Of a DNA stretch of 64,000 nucleotides, positions 1 to 8,068 are shown piece by piece. How positions within the stretch are numbered: the first letter of the stretch is position 1; the number at the start of each line of letters is the position of its first letter. Location: positions 64,001 to 128,000 of the IMG/VR virus record IMGVR_UViG_3300025874_000005; one strand, written 5' to 3'. The notes beneath the pieces were generated by a model. That model saw only the letters and a list, made by a program, of their open reading frames with translations. It was not told the DNA's origin and did not search any database. The position numbers and the translations under genes are program-made. This DNA is from a virus.

Positions 1-1
1 T

Positions 2-139
2 TTGGAGTATATGGATGGATCAATTTTAGGTAAAGTAATTACGGTTCAATATTTTGAGGAAACCAAAAATGATAAAGGTGGTATTAGTTTAAGATTCCCA
101 ACTGTAAAAGTAATACATGGGGATAAACGTGAAATGTAA
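2..139 (+). CDS. ATP-dependent DNA ligase, C-terminal fragment (5' truncated by window)
   Basis: Frame 2 reads ...GKVITVQYFEETKNDKGGISLRFPTVKVIHGDKREM*. SLRFP is ligase motif VI in the OB domain. Not in the ORF track. Confidence 0.8.
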   Translation: MEYMDGSILGKVITVQYFEETKNDKGGISLRFPTVKVIHGDKREM

Positions 140-149
140 ATTATATAAT

Positions 150-326
150 ATGATAGTAAATCAAGAATCAACATTAAGTTTTAAACATTGGGATGAAGAG
201 GTTGTGATAAAAAGAGATCATAGCGATTTAACAATTGGTGAATTTTACCAAATATGTAAGCAATTAGCTTTAGGGGCTGGTTTTCAACCAAACAATGTAG
301 ATGAATATTTTAATATAGACCAATAA
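150..326 (+). CDS. hypothetical protein
   Basis: Track ORF 117..326. ATG at 150, just after the ligase stop, is the more plausible start. Confidence 0.55.
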   Translation: MIVNQESTLSFKHWDEEVVIKRDHSDLTIGEFYQICKQLALGAGFQPNNVDEYFNIDQ

Positions 327-337
327 TATAACTTCAA

Positions 338-562
338 ATGGAAAATAAAACAGGTAGAAAATACAATCGTAAAAAGTGGAATTGGTGTGAGTTGGAAGAT
401 GGAAAATATGATGATGTAAAAAGTAAATATGATGAGCATCCTTACTATGATAGCCCTAAGCGTAAGAAAAATGAGGAAGCATTCTTTTGGTTTATTACAA
501 TAGCTGGTGGTTGTGTTGTTGGAATGATTTTAGGTGGGTTAGTAATTAAACTTATATTTTAA
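338..562 (+). CDS. hypothetical membrane protein
   Basis: C-terminal hydrophobic helix FFWFITIAGGCVVGMILGGLVIKLIF; TAATG coupling to the next gene. Confidence 0.6.
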   Translation: MENKTGRKYNRKKWNWCELEDGKYDDVKSKYDEHPYYDSPKRKKNEEAFFWFITIAGGCVVGMILGGLVIKLIF

Positions 563-792
563 TGGGAGTAGAATTAGATAAAGAATTGATGAGTAAAATG
601 ACACTGCAAGAGCGTTTTGATTACATAAATGAAATTAAACGACTGAAGATGTTTGCTCAAAACCCAAAGCAGAGAAATGACGAATGGGTGGATAGAGATG
701 AGAATGAATGGGATTCCAGCAGCGGTGGAGATAAATTAAATCGTCGCGGTGGAGAGTATAACGACGTGGGAGATGATTCAAATGAGTACTAA
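562..792 (+). CDS. hypothetical protein
   Basis: Translationally coupled ORF (TAATG). Confidence 0.55.
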   Translation: MGVELDKELMSKMTLQERFDYINEIKRLKMFAQNPKQRNDEWVDRDENEWDSSSGGDKLNRRGGEYNDVGDDSNEY

Positions 793-811
793 TAATTAAA
801 ATCAACATTAT

Positions 812-976
812 ATGGATAATGAGATAATAATTGCTTTAATAGGTGTTCCTGCAATATTCCTATTTGCATTTGGGTGGACGTGGTTAGAGGAGCGTTCACG
901 AGCGCGTTCTAAGCGTAAGTATGACCAACAAATGGCTAAATATGACACGTGGATGGATGAGATTAAGCGTATGTAA
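812..976 (+). CDS. small membrane protein (54 aa)
   Basis: MDNEIIIALIGVPAIFLFAFGWTWLEERSRARSKRK...: N-terminal TM helix then a basic tail. Below the track cut-off. Confidence 0.55.
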   Translation: MDNEIIIALIGVPAIFLFAFGWTWLEERSRARSKRKYDQQMAKYDTWMDEIKRM

Positions 977-1120
977 CAAACGTTGATAAGGGTATATGGA
1001 CTAAAGTGGCACTGCCGTTAACCCCTCTTGCCCGCGCATCCAACCTTACCACTAGGTAACGAGTATATACTTGTGAACATAACGGAAACGCGCGGTTCGC
1101 GAATATTCATAACTATTTCT

Positions 1121-1184
1121 TTAAGGCACCGGCGAAGATATGTGGTTCCCCGAGGGAGCCTTCGTATATTTACGGGGTAAATGA
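1121..1184 (+). promoter_or_regulatory. repeated early-promoter element, copy 1
   Basis: GTGG-N15-TTCGTATATTTACGGGGTAAATGA, containing the palindrome TTTAC-GGG-GTAAA. Confidence 0.75.
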
Positions 1185-1220
1185 GGCGGGAACGCAAGTT
1201 AAATTAAAAAAATAAAGGTT

Positions 1221-1505
1221 ATGTATAGTGTAAGACAATTAAGTGAAGGGGATGTTAAGGACATCATGGAGTATGAGGGCAAGTTATTTAGCGATAACAA
1301 CAGTAATACGGGCTCATGTCTGTGTTTGAAGGTTGATGTTGATGGTGATAAAGTGTACTACCAGGAGAGCTACAGTCGATATGGTAATTTCACTGGTAAG
1401 AATATTTACGGTGAGCGTCGTGACGATAAGCTCAATCACCCACGTCCAGGTTTGCTCACCTGCTCACTTACCACATTTTATGGTAAATCAATTGGTTGGG
1501 TTTAA
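1221..1505 (+). CDS. hypothetical early protein
   Basis: Preceded by the promoter element and the AATAAAGGTT-ATG initiation context. Confidence 0.7.
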   Translation: MYSVRQLSEGDVKDIMEYEGKLFSDNNSNTGSCLCLKVDVDGDKVYYQESYSRYGNFTGKNIYGERRDDKLNHPRPGLLTCSLTTFYGKSIGWV

Positions 1506-1570
1506 TTAAAGACTCCCGCCAAAAGGCTTGGATACCCGAGTCTTTGTTCGTATATTTACGGGGTAAATGA
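1506..1570 (+). promoter_or_regulatory. repeated early-promoter element, copy 2
   Basis: TTGG-N15-TTCGTATATTTACGGGGTAAATGA. Confidence 0.75.
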
Positions 1571-1616
1571 TGAGATAAGTCCATCGAATAAAGGTTATTA
1601 ATTAAAAATAAAGGTT

Positions 1617-2117
1617 ATGTTAAAGAATTTTAAAAGTGGTTATGCAGTTAGTGGTTCTGATCAAACAGCTAAAGGCGAGAGTAATGATTGCGTGGTGAGA
1701 GCCATTGCGAATGCTTGTGACGTGAATTATTCCCAAGCACACAAATATGTTTCCGACACTTTCAAACGTAAGAAAGGTGAAGGTACAAAACAGTTTATGT
1801 CTACTTTGGACAACGTTAAGGAAATGACGTTTGATGAGGTGGGCCAATTGAGTCTATTTGATAGTGGCATTACTAGAAAGTTAAAGGTGCTAGGTCACGG
1901 GCCTAAACAAGGTGGTGACATGGTTAATCCAAAATATAAGCACAAGCCGGTTGCATTTACAGTTAAAGCATTTGCACAGCGGTTTAATAAAGGCAATTAC
2001 ATACTAGCCGTGAATAAACACGCATTGGCGATTAAGGATGGCGTGGTGATTGACAATGGTAATTATCAGTATGATGGTTATAGGCGCGTAGTAGAGGGTG
2101 CGTACCAAGTATCATAA
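1617..2117 (+). CDS. putative papain/C39-like cysteine peptidase-fold protein
   Basis: NDCVVRAIA ... HALAIKDG..ID gives a plausible Cys-His-Asp triad. Confidence 0.45.
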   Translation: MLKNFKSGYAVSGSDQTAKGESNDCVVRAIANACDVNYSQAHKYVSDTFKRKKGEGTKQFMSTLDNVKEMTFDEVGQLSLFDSGITRKLKVLGHGPKQGGDMVNPKYKHKPVAFTVKAFAQRFNKGNYILAVNKHALAIKDGVVIDNGNYQYDGYRRVVEGAYQVS

Positions 2118-2618
2118 GTACTAGTACGTCATTATTAAATATAAGGTGGCGTCGACGGCCATTGTAAGTACCCCTACGGTGACATAACCTACCGTGGTGG
2201 GTACCTTACTATATATTACTTATTACTTATGTAGTACTGGGTGTAATATAATATAGATAATAGTTCGGGCGGCGTGCGGCGTACGTACCGCATAATAACC
2301 CACGGTATGCCGCCGTCCATCGGGCGTGTATATGCGCAAGAAAGGGTGTAGTGGGCTTATTAGAGCGAGTATAAAACTAACCCATCGATTGTATATACAA
2401 ATATATTATATGCAACTACATACAAAATAACGCATCTCAAAAAAATTATATGTAAGCCCATATAGGATAAAGAAAATAAAAACCCGCAAGGCGCAAATAG
2501 TAGCGAACGACGATTTCTTCACATCGATAGAAGATATATGTATATAACGTAATAGCTACTTCATCATGGGGTAATATAAATAACCATAGGTAATTAATTA
2601 AAACCCATATATATCGCC

Positions 2619-2699
2619 ATGAAACATAAAACAGACATATCCTCAGTGATTTATGTAGCACTTATGATTGTAGTGTTTACATTAGCAACAATTTCTTAA
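2619..2699 (+). CDS. 26-aa hydrophobic peptide
   Basis: MKHKTDISSVIYVALMIVVFTLATIS*: single TM segment, ending right at promoter element 3. Confidence 0.4.
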   Translation: MKHKTDISSVIYVALMIVVFTLATIS

Positions 2700-2760
2700 A
2701 GGCTTCCGGTGACTTGCGTGGAGAAGCGAGAAAGCGTTCGTATATTTACAGGGTAAATGG
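2697..2760 (+). promoter_or_regulatory. repeated early-promoter element, copy 3
   Basis: GGCTTCCGGTGA...GTGGAGAAGCGAG...TTCGTATATTTACAGGGTAAATG. Confidence 0.75.
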
Positions 2761-2798
2761 GGTGCGAGCCCAAGTGTTAATTAAATTCAATAAAGGTT

Positions 2799-3149
2799 AT
2801 GTTAAATAAGCAAAAAGTTCAAGGTTTTAGAGGTGATTTCGCAAAAGCAGTCGCTCAATTAGAAAAAGATTATGGTGTTACTATTTCATTAGGCACAATT
2901 AGGTTTGATGCTCAAGAATTAAGAGCAAAAATGACAGCTCGAGTTGGTGATGCACCACAAAAAGCTTCAAAAGATGATTTTCAAATTGGAGATGTGGTTG
3001 GTATTAATCATAAAAAAGTCTCTCCTAATGATGAATTTAAAATTATTAAAATTAACAATAAGAACATTAAAGTTCAAGCTATTAATGTTGGTGATGGTAG
3101 AATTGGTGGTTTGATTAATGTTTCACCAAGTCTATTAGTTAAAAAGTAA
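2799..3149 (+). CDS. hypothetical protein with C-terminal SH3/KOW-like domain
   Basis: FQIGDVV...FKIIKINNKNIKV...NVSPSLL pattern; AAAGGTT-ATG context. Confidence 0.6.
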   Translation: MLNKQKVQGFRGDFAKAVAQLEKDYGVTISLGTIRFDAQELRAKMTARVGDAPQKASKDDFQIGDVVGINHKKVSPNDEFKIIKINNKNIKVQAINVGDGRIGGLINVSPSLLVKK

Positions 3150-3150
3150 T

Positions 3151-3215
3151 TTAAAGACTTCCGGTGAATCGCTTGGAGAAGCGAGGAAGCTTTCGTATAT
3201 TTACGGGGTAAATGA
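3151..3215 (+). promoter_or_regulatory. repeated early-promoter element, copy 4
   Basis: GACTTCCGGTGA...TTGGAGAAGCGAGG...TTCGTATATTTACGGGGTAAATGA; near-identical to copy 3. Confidence 0.75.
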
Positions 3216-3257
3216 GGTTAAAACACAATAAAAGTTTAATTTAAATAAATAAAAGTT

Positions 3258-4073
3258 ATGATGAATTCAGAAAATTTGCAAGAAGCAAAGTATTTAACAA
3301 AAGAAGCGATTGCCAAAATGGCACCTTCAGTTTTTTCAACGAAGCCAAGTAGTGAGGTTTCAGACAAGTATACACACATTCCAACGGAGCGTGTAATTGA
3401 TGATATGGAGCTTCTAGGTTGGAAGCCAATTGAAGCCAAAGAAGTTAAGGCTCGTAAGAACTCAACAAAAGGATTTCAAAAGCACTTGCTAGTGTTTAGA
3501 AATGATGATGTTGTTATTAATGGTAGTGATGGTGATACAGTTTTTCCACAAATTCTACTAACAAATTCTCACGATGGTAAGAATTCCTTCCAATTTCAAG
3601 CAGGTTTATATCGTTTGATTTGTGCAAATGGTTTAGTTATTGCAGATACGCAATTTGAAGCCGTTAAAATGCGTCATATGGGTTATACATTTGAGGATCT
3701 TCAGGTTTTACTTAAGGACATGGTAGAAAAGCTTCCGCTTACAGTTGAATCTATGAATAAGATGAAAGCTCAAGAAATGGCAGAAGAAGAAATTCTACAA
3801 TTTGCTAAAGATGCCATTAATACTAGATTTTCAAAGCAAGAAATGAAGCGTATTGAAATTGATTATAAAGCTTTAGTTCAGCCCGTACGTAAGGAAGATT
3901 ACGGTACAGACCTTTGGTCAGTATTTAATGTAGTTCAAGAAAAAATTGTAACAGGTGACTTCGATTACCGAGCAGGTGGTAAAGCACGTAAAGCTCGTGA
4001 GATAAAGAACTTCAAGCAAGATATGAAGATCAATAAAGAATTGTTTGATGTAGCACTTCAATATGCGAACTAG
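3258..4073 (+). CDS. DUF932/DUF945-family protein
   Basis: SDKYTHIPT, FQKH, NSHDG, AGLYRLICANGL, DLWSVFNVVQE motifs. Confidence 0.85.
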   Translation: MMNSENLQEAKYLTKEAIAKMAPSVFSTKPSSEVSDKYTHIPTERVIDDMELLGWKPIEAKEVKARKNSTKGFQKHLLVFRNDDVVINGSDGDTVFPQILLTNSHDGKNSFQFQAGLYRLICANGLVIADTQFEAVKMRHMGYTFEDLQVLLKDMVEKLPLTVESMNKMKAQEMAEEEILQFAKDAINTRFSKQEMKRIEIDYKALVQPVRKEDYGTDLWSVFNVVQEKIVTGDFDYRAGGKARKAREIKNFKQDMKINKELFDVALQYAN

Positions 4074-4467
4074 AGTCACATGGTTAAATGGTTGTTTTGA
4101 TGTGCTCCATGCGGGGCACATCCAACTATTTAAAAGAGCTTGGGAGGAAGGAAATGATGTGATAGTAGGAATTGACTCAGATGAGCGTATTCGTCAGATG
4201 AAGGGTGATTGTAGACCGGTGAATTCTCTTGAAAATAGAATGCTCTTCCTACAAAGTATAAAATACATTAGGAATGTAATTCCTTTCAATACGGATGATG
4301 AGCTAGATGGTTTAATTAAACGCTTGGCTCCCGAAGTATTTGTAATTGGTGAGGAGTATAGAAATAAGACAATTATAGGTAAAAAGTGGGCTAAAGCAAT
4401 GTTGTATGTGCCTCGCTATCAAGGCTTAAGTTCTTCGGATATTATAAACGGAACCCACAACTCATGA
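4063..4467 (+). CDS. cytidylyl/adenylyltransferase (RfaE domain II / TagD-like)
   Basis: GCFDVLHAGH (HxGH), VGIDSD, KG..RP, SSSDI. Confidence 0.85.
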   Translation: MRTRVTWLNGCFDVLHAGHIQLFKRAWEEGNDVIVGIDSDERIRQMKGDCRPVNSLENRMLFLQSIKYIRNVIPFNTDDELDGLIKRLAPEVFVIGEEYRNKTIIGKKWAKAMLYVPRYQGLSSSDIINGTHNS

Positions 4468-4491
4468 TATTTATAACAAAATAATAGAATT

Positions 4492-4857
4492 ATGCCAACA
4501 TATCCCAGCTCATCACTAAACGGAAGTGGATCTTTAGGAACGTCAGTTATGACTGCCGGTCAACAATATCTCTTTGAATTAGAAAATACCGCGACGACGA
4601 TTGGTTCGGTAGCTTACTTTACACTGGAAGCTAACTCAACCGCAAATCAAAATCTTCTTACTCAAACACCAATAGCCGGAGCGTTTGGTGGTTTTTTACA
4701 AGATATTGATGAAGGGTCTTTGCAAGAAAATACCTATGGTTTTTCCGTAAGTCTATTTGGTAAGGGTGGTTCATTTACATTTACCCCTACTACCACAATT
4801 CCTGCAAATACTTACTATTTAAAAACAACTGGTCGTGTAGGGTTGGTGATATCATAA
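4492..4857 (+). CDS. hypothetical beta-rich protein (probably late/virion)
   Basis: Preceded by TATTTATA (4468-4475); S/T/G-rich. Confidence 0.6.
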   Translation: MPTYPSSSLNGSGSLGTSVMTAGQQYLFELENTATTIGSVAYFTLEANSTANQNLLTQTPIAGAFGGFLQDIDEGSLQENTYGFSVSLFGKGGSFTFTPTTTIPANTYYLKTTGRVGLVIS

Positions 4858-4929
4858 TATATACGTATGTATAGATGTTATATTGTTAAGGAGAGAAGTT
4901 TCGAGACGACCTAATTAAAATTAAAAAAT

Positions 4930-5067
4930 ATGTTATATAAAATCAAGATTACTGAAAGTGAAAGTGGAAAAGTACAAGAAATGCAAATTAAAACCGATCG
5001 TTTAGAATGGTTTATGGAGCAATATCAAAGAAATAGACCTGTTTTTACTTGGGAAATTATTAAGTAA
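4930..5067 (+). CDS. hypothetical protein (45 aa)
   Basis: MLYKIKITESESGKVQEMQIKTDRLEWFMEQYQRNRPVFTWEIIK*; A-rich leader. Confidence 0.5.
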   Translation: MLYKIKITESESGKVQEMQIKTDRLEWFMEQYQRNRPVFTWEIIK

Positions 5068-5070
5068 GTT

Positions 5071-5244
5071 ATGGATCTTTTTAATAAGAAGAAGGTTGTA
5101 AACCTTCAAAAAAATATTAATAAGTGTAATGCTACTATTCTAAAAATGAGTCAAGACATTGATTATCTTAAAGAAGTTAATAGAAAACTAAAGGAAGAAA
5201 ATAGCAATTTAAAATATACTCTAAAACATCAAAGAACTTATTAA
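5071..5244 (+). CDS. hypothetical coiled-coil protein (57 aa)
   Basis: AAGTT-ATG start directly after the previous stop; heptad-like pattern. Confidence 0.45.
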   Translation: MDLFNKKKVVNLQKNINKCNATILKMSQDIDYLKEVNRKLKEENSNLKYTLKHQRTY

Positions 5245-5249
5245 ATAAA

Positions 5250-5280
5250 TTTGGTTTTTTAAGATATCTTTCGTATATTC
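5250..5280 (+). promoter_or_regulatory. early/middle-type promoter
   Basis: TTTGG-N15-TTCGTATATTC. The same motif occurs at 6249-6278, 6487-6518, 8849-8878, 27211-27240, ~30438-30465 and 46002-46031. Confidence 0.7.
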
Positions 5281-5305
5281 ACCACGTAATAAAAAAATAA
5301 AGGTT

Positions 5306-6244
5306 ATGAATCTAGGATACGCTTGTATTAATACTGCACTAAGTGCTAACAAAATTATGACAAATCGCACAATGCGTCGAAAAACATTTGATGCTAAAGG
5401 TATTGATTATGTCTCCGATCTTGCATTACTTAATGTTAAAGATCTTAAAACTATTGTTCAGTGGAATAATGAGATGAAAATCAAGTTATTTCGGTTATCT
5501 AGCCAAATATTCCCTTGGTCAGATGAATATGATGTTAAAACTCTTAAAGATTATGATGAGATTAAATCAATAATGTTTGAGATTGGGCAAATTGCTAAAG
5601 ATGGAGGACAACGACTTACGATGCATCCAGGCCCTTATAATTGTTTAGCTTCACCTACTCAAAAAGTAGTTGAAAAAACTATTAGAGAATTAAATTTTCA
5701 TAGTGAGCAATTTAATATGATGGGTTATGACCCATCACCTTACAATAAAATAAATATTCATGTTGGAGGTGCATATGGTGATAAATCCACAACGTTGGCG
5801 CGTTTTGTGCAGAATTTTAGTTTATTGAATATTGACACTCAAAAACGCTTAGTTATTGAAAATGATGACAGTCCAAACGAATACTCTGTTAAAGATTTGT
5901 TTGATGGTATTTATCAACAAATTGGTATTCCAATTACATTTGATTATTTCCATCATAAATTTAATACTGGAGGGTTAACTGAGGAAGAAGCACTTAAAAT
6001 GGCATCTATTACTTGGCCTGAAGGTGTTACTCAATGTTGTCATTATTCTGAAAGTAGACGTGAAGAAAAATTAGATGAAACAATTCGCCCTCAAGCTCAC
6101 TCTGATTTAATTTATAATAAAATTAATACTTATGGTCTTAACCCAGATATAGTAATAGAAGCTAAATTAAAAGAACAGTCTATTTTTAATATAGGTCAAG
6201 ATTCAGAAGAGAATGAATTTAAAGTTTTAACACAAGCTTGTTAG
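5306..6244 (+). CDS. uvsE: UV damage endonuclease
   Basis: LGYACIN, FRLSS, RLTMHPGPY, INIHVGG, IENDD, FDYFHH, AHSD, IEAKLKE. Confidence 0.95.
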   Translation: MNLGYACINTALSANKIMTNRTMRRKTFDAKGIDYVSDLALLNVKDLKTIVQWNNEMKIKLFRLSSQIFPWSDEYDVKTLKDYDEIKSIMFEIGQIAKDGGQRLTMHPGPYNCLASPTQKVVEKTIRELNFHSEQFNMMGYDPSPYNKINIHVGGAYGDKSTTLARFVQNFSLLNIDTQKRLVIENDDSPNEYSVKDLFDGIYQQIGIPITFDYFHHKFNTGGLTEEEALKMASITWPEGVTQCCHYSESRREEKLDETIRPQAHSDLIYNKINTYGLNPDIVIEAKLKEQSIFNIGQDSEENEFKVLTQAC

Positions 6245-6298
6245 TAAATTTGGAAAATTGAAAATCAATTCGTATATTCACGTATAATAAAAATAAAT

Positions 6299-6499
6299 AT
6301 GTTACCACAATTTAAAAAAGATTTTTTGGAAAAGATGAGTCAAGAAGAAATGATTAGTTTTAATGAAATATGGTTAAGAGTAATAAAACATGGTTTACAA
6401 TTTGAAGTAACTTATACAGCATTAGAAGAAATGAAATCTAATCCTGAATCATCTCCTCTCCTTTGTTTGCAGATTGCAGCAGAAGATTGGGATTGTTAA
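6299..6499 (+). CDS. hypothetical protein
   Basis: Has its own promoter motif at 6249-6278. Confidence 0.6.
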   Translation: MLPQFKKDFLEKMSQEEMISFNEIWLRVIKHGLQFEVTYTALEEMKSNPESSPLLCLQIAAEDWDC

Positions 6500-6541
6500 A
6501 AAATTGTTCGTATATTTAAATATAAATTAAAAATCAAAGTT

Positions 6542-6733
6542 ATGTCAGAAAAAGAAAAAGATCCACAAGTTGAACTCATTAATGAGGCTATCCAATTATC
6601 AAAAATTAGAGATACATATTGGGATTACCATCCATCAAATCCAAAATCAATAGATGTTACTATCGAGATTCCTAAAATCGATAAAGCTATTGAGGAAATT
6701 GAAAACAAACTTAAACTTATTACTAGTAATTAA
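6542..6733 (+). CDS. hypothetical protein
   Basis: Has its own promoter motif at 6487-6518; AAAGTT-ATG start. Confidence 0.6.
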   Translation: MSEKEKDPQVELINEAIQLSKIRDTYWDYHPSNPKSIDVTIEIPKIDKAIEEIENKLKLITSN

Positions 6734-6740
6734 ACCGAAT

Positions 6741-6829
6741 GCCGCTGTGGTGGAATTGGTAGACACGACAGACTTAAAATCTGTTGAGCCGAATGGCTCG
6801 TGGCGGTTCGAGTCCGCCCAGCGGTACCA
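6741..6829 (+). tRNA. tRNA-Leu(UAA)
   Basis: Acceptor GCCGCTG/CAGCGGT; anticodon arm ACAGA-CTTAAAA-TCTGT; long variable arm; GGTTCGAGTCC T-loop; encoded CCA. Confidence 0.95.
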
Positions 6830-6860
6830 ACACTCCTAAAACGTTATTTTTTTATAGAAT

Positions 6861-6937
6861 GGACTCGTAGCTCAGCTGGATAGAGCAATACCCTTCTAAG
6901 GTATCGGTCGTAGGTTCGAATCCTACCGGGTTCACCA
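6861..6937 (+). tRNA. tRNA-Arg(UCU)
   Basis: D-arm GCTC-AGCTGGATA-GAGC; anticodon arm ATACC-CTTCTAA-GGTAT; GGTTCGAATCC; encoded CCA. Confidence 0.95.
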
Positions 6938-6940
6938 CAT

Positions 6941-7017
6941 AGGCATGTATCTCCTCAAGCTTATACCTTGTAGAAAGAGTAATTGGTTACATGAGAGTTC
7001 AAGTCTCTCCTTGCCTA
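6941..7017 (+). ncRNA. atypical tRNA-like RNA with UAU (Ile) anticodon loop and no canonical D-arm
   Basis: Acceptor AGGCATG/CTTGCCT-A; T-arm GAGAG-TTCAAGT-CTCTC; anticodon arm CAAG-CTTATAC-CTTG. Only 8 nt where the D-arm should be; hairpin GTAA-TTGG-TTAC sits in the variable position. Confidence 0.65.
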
Positions 7018-7084
7018 CCTTAAAGAAGATTTACATATGTATTAGTGATAAAACGTTATTCTACTTTACACTCTCTATTACTTA

Positions 7085-8068
7085 ATGTATAAATTTCTTC
7101 TTTCCCTTGCGGTTATATTACTGCCCTTATCGTTATTTTCCCAATCTCCAGATGCCATAATAGGTGATGTAGAAATTGAAACTGGGTGTATTGGTGATAC
7201 ACCTTTTTATAACATAAATTATGTTGTATGGAATTTTGGTGATGAAGAAATTACAGACTATTGTATTGAAATTTGGAATGAAGATTATTATCAATGTTTT
7301 AGTAGTGATTTATTTGGGGCTTATGCAATTCCTCCTGGGGAAGGGCAATTCTTTACTACTCCTTATTTTGAAATGGAAGGGCCTGGTAGTATTTTTGTAA
7401 TGTCTGTTGATGGTATTTTAAATGAAATCGTTACTGGAAATAATAATACAACTGTATTCTTACCTGAAATACCTGAGTGTCCTGTTGATTGTTTAAACGA
7501 TACAATTACTATAACTTTACCACCAGATACTATTATACAAACGCAAATTGACACCGTTATAACGCAAGAATACGTGTATTTAACCGATACAATTGTGGAA
7601 TACATAGCAGATACTGTAGTTGTAGACAATTACATATATACAGTAGATACTTTGGAAGTTGAAGTTTTAGAGTATGTTTTTTTAACAGATACTATCACAA
7701 AAATTATTGAAGTAGATTGTAATACTGGTTTGCCCTGTAGTGAATTAATTATTGATGGGTGCTGGCCTTGGAATGTTTTTATACCTAATGTACTAACCCC
7801 AAATAATGATGGTATAAATGATGTTTGGGAAATTATTTTTGATTTAGAGTGTTGGGTTGATGTAGAATTTAAGATTTACAATAGATGGGGAAGTTTAGTT
7901 TTTGAAGGTTACGGAGAAGATTATAGCAGTTATCCTTATTGGGATGGTAGTATGCAAGGTGGATCCTCTTATGTGGTTGATGGAATATATGTTTATACTT
8001 TCTATGCTAGAAAATATAATTCCCCAGAAATATATCAAAAATCTGGGCATCTTACAATATTAAGGTAA
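7085..8068 (+). CDS. secreted protein with T9SS type B (gliding-motility-associated, CHU_C-like) C-terminal sorting domain
   Basis: Signal peptide MYKFLLSLAVILLPLSLFSQ; C-terminus FIPNVLTPNNDGINDVW...FKIYNRWG...WDG...DGIYVY...GHLTILR. Confidence 0.85.
   Translation: MYKFLLSLAVILLPLSLFSQSPDAIIGDVEIETGCIGDTPFYNINYVVWNFGDEEITDYCIEIWNEDYYQCFSSDLFGAYAIPPGEGQFFTTPYFEMEGPGSIFVMSVDGILNEIVTGNNNTTVFLPEIPECPVDCLNDTITITLPPDTIIQTQIDTVITQEYVYLTDTIVEYIADTVVVDNYIYTVDTLEVEVLEYVFLTDTITKIIEVDCNTGLPCSELIIDGCWPWNVFIPNVLTPNNDGINDVWEIIFDLECWVDVEFKIYNRWGSLVFEGYGEDYSSYPYWDGSMQGGSSYVVDGIYVYTFYARKYNSPEIYQKSGHLTILR

Noticed and set aside
1121-3215. Repeats as a CRISPR array
   Set aside because: Spacing is irregular (~0.4-1.2 kb) with whole genes between copies; the repeats are promoter-like.
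6654-6839. 61-aa ORF
   Set aside because: It overlaps tRNA-Leu and another ORF; spurious.
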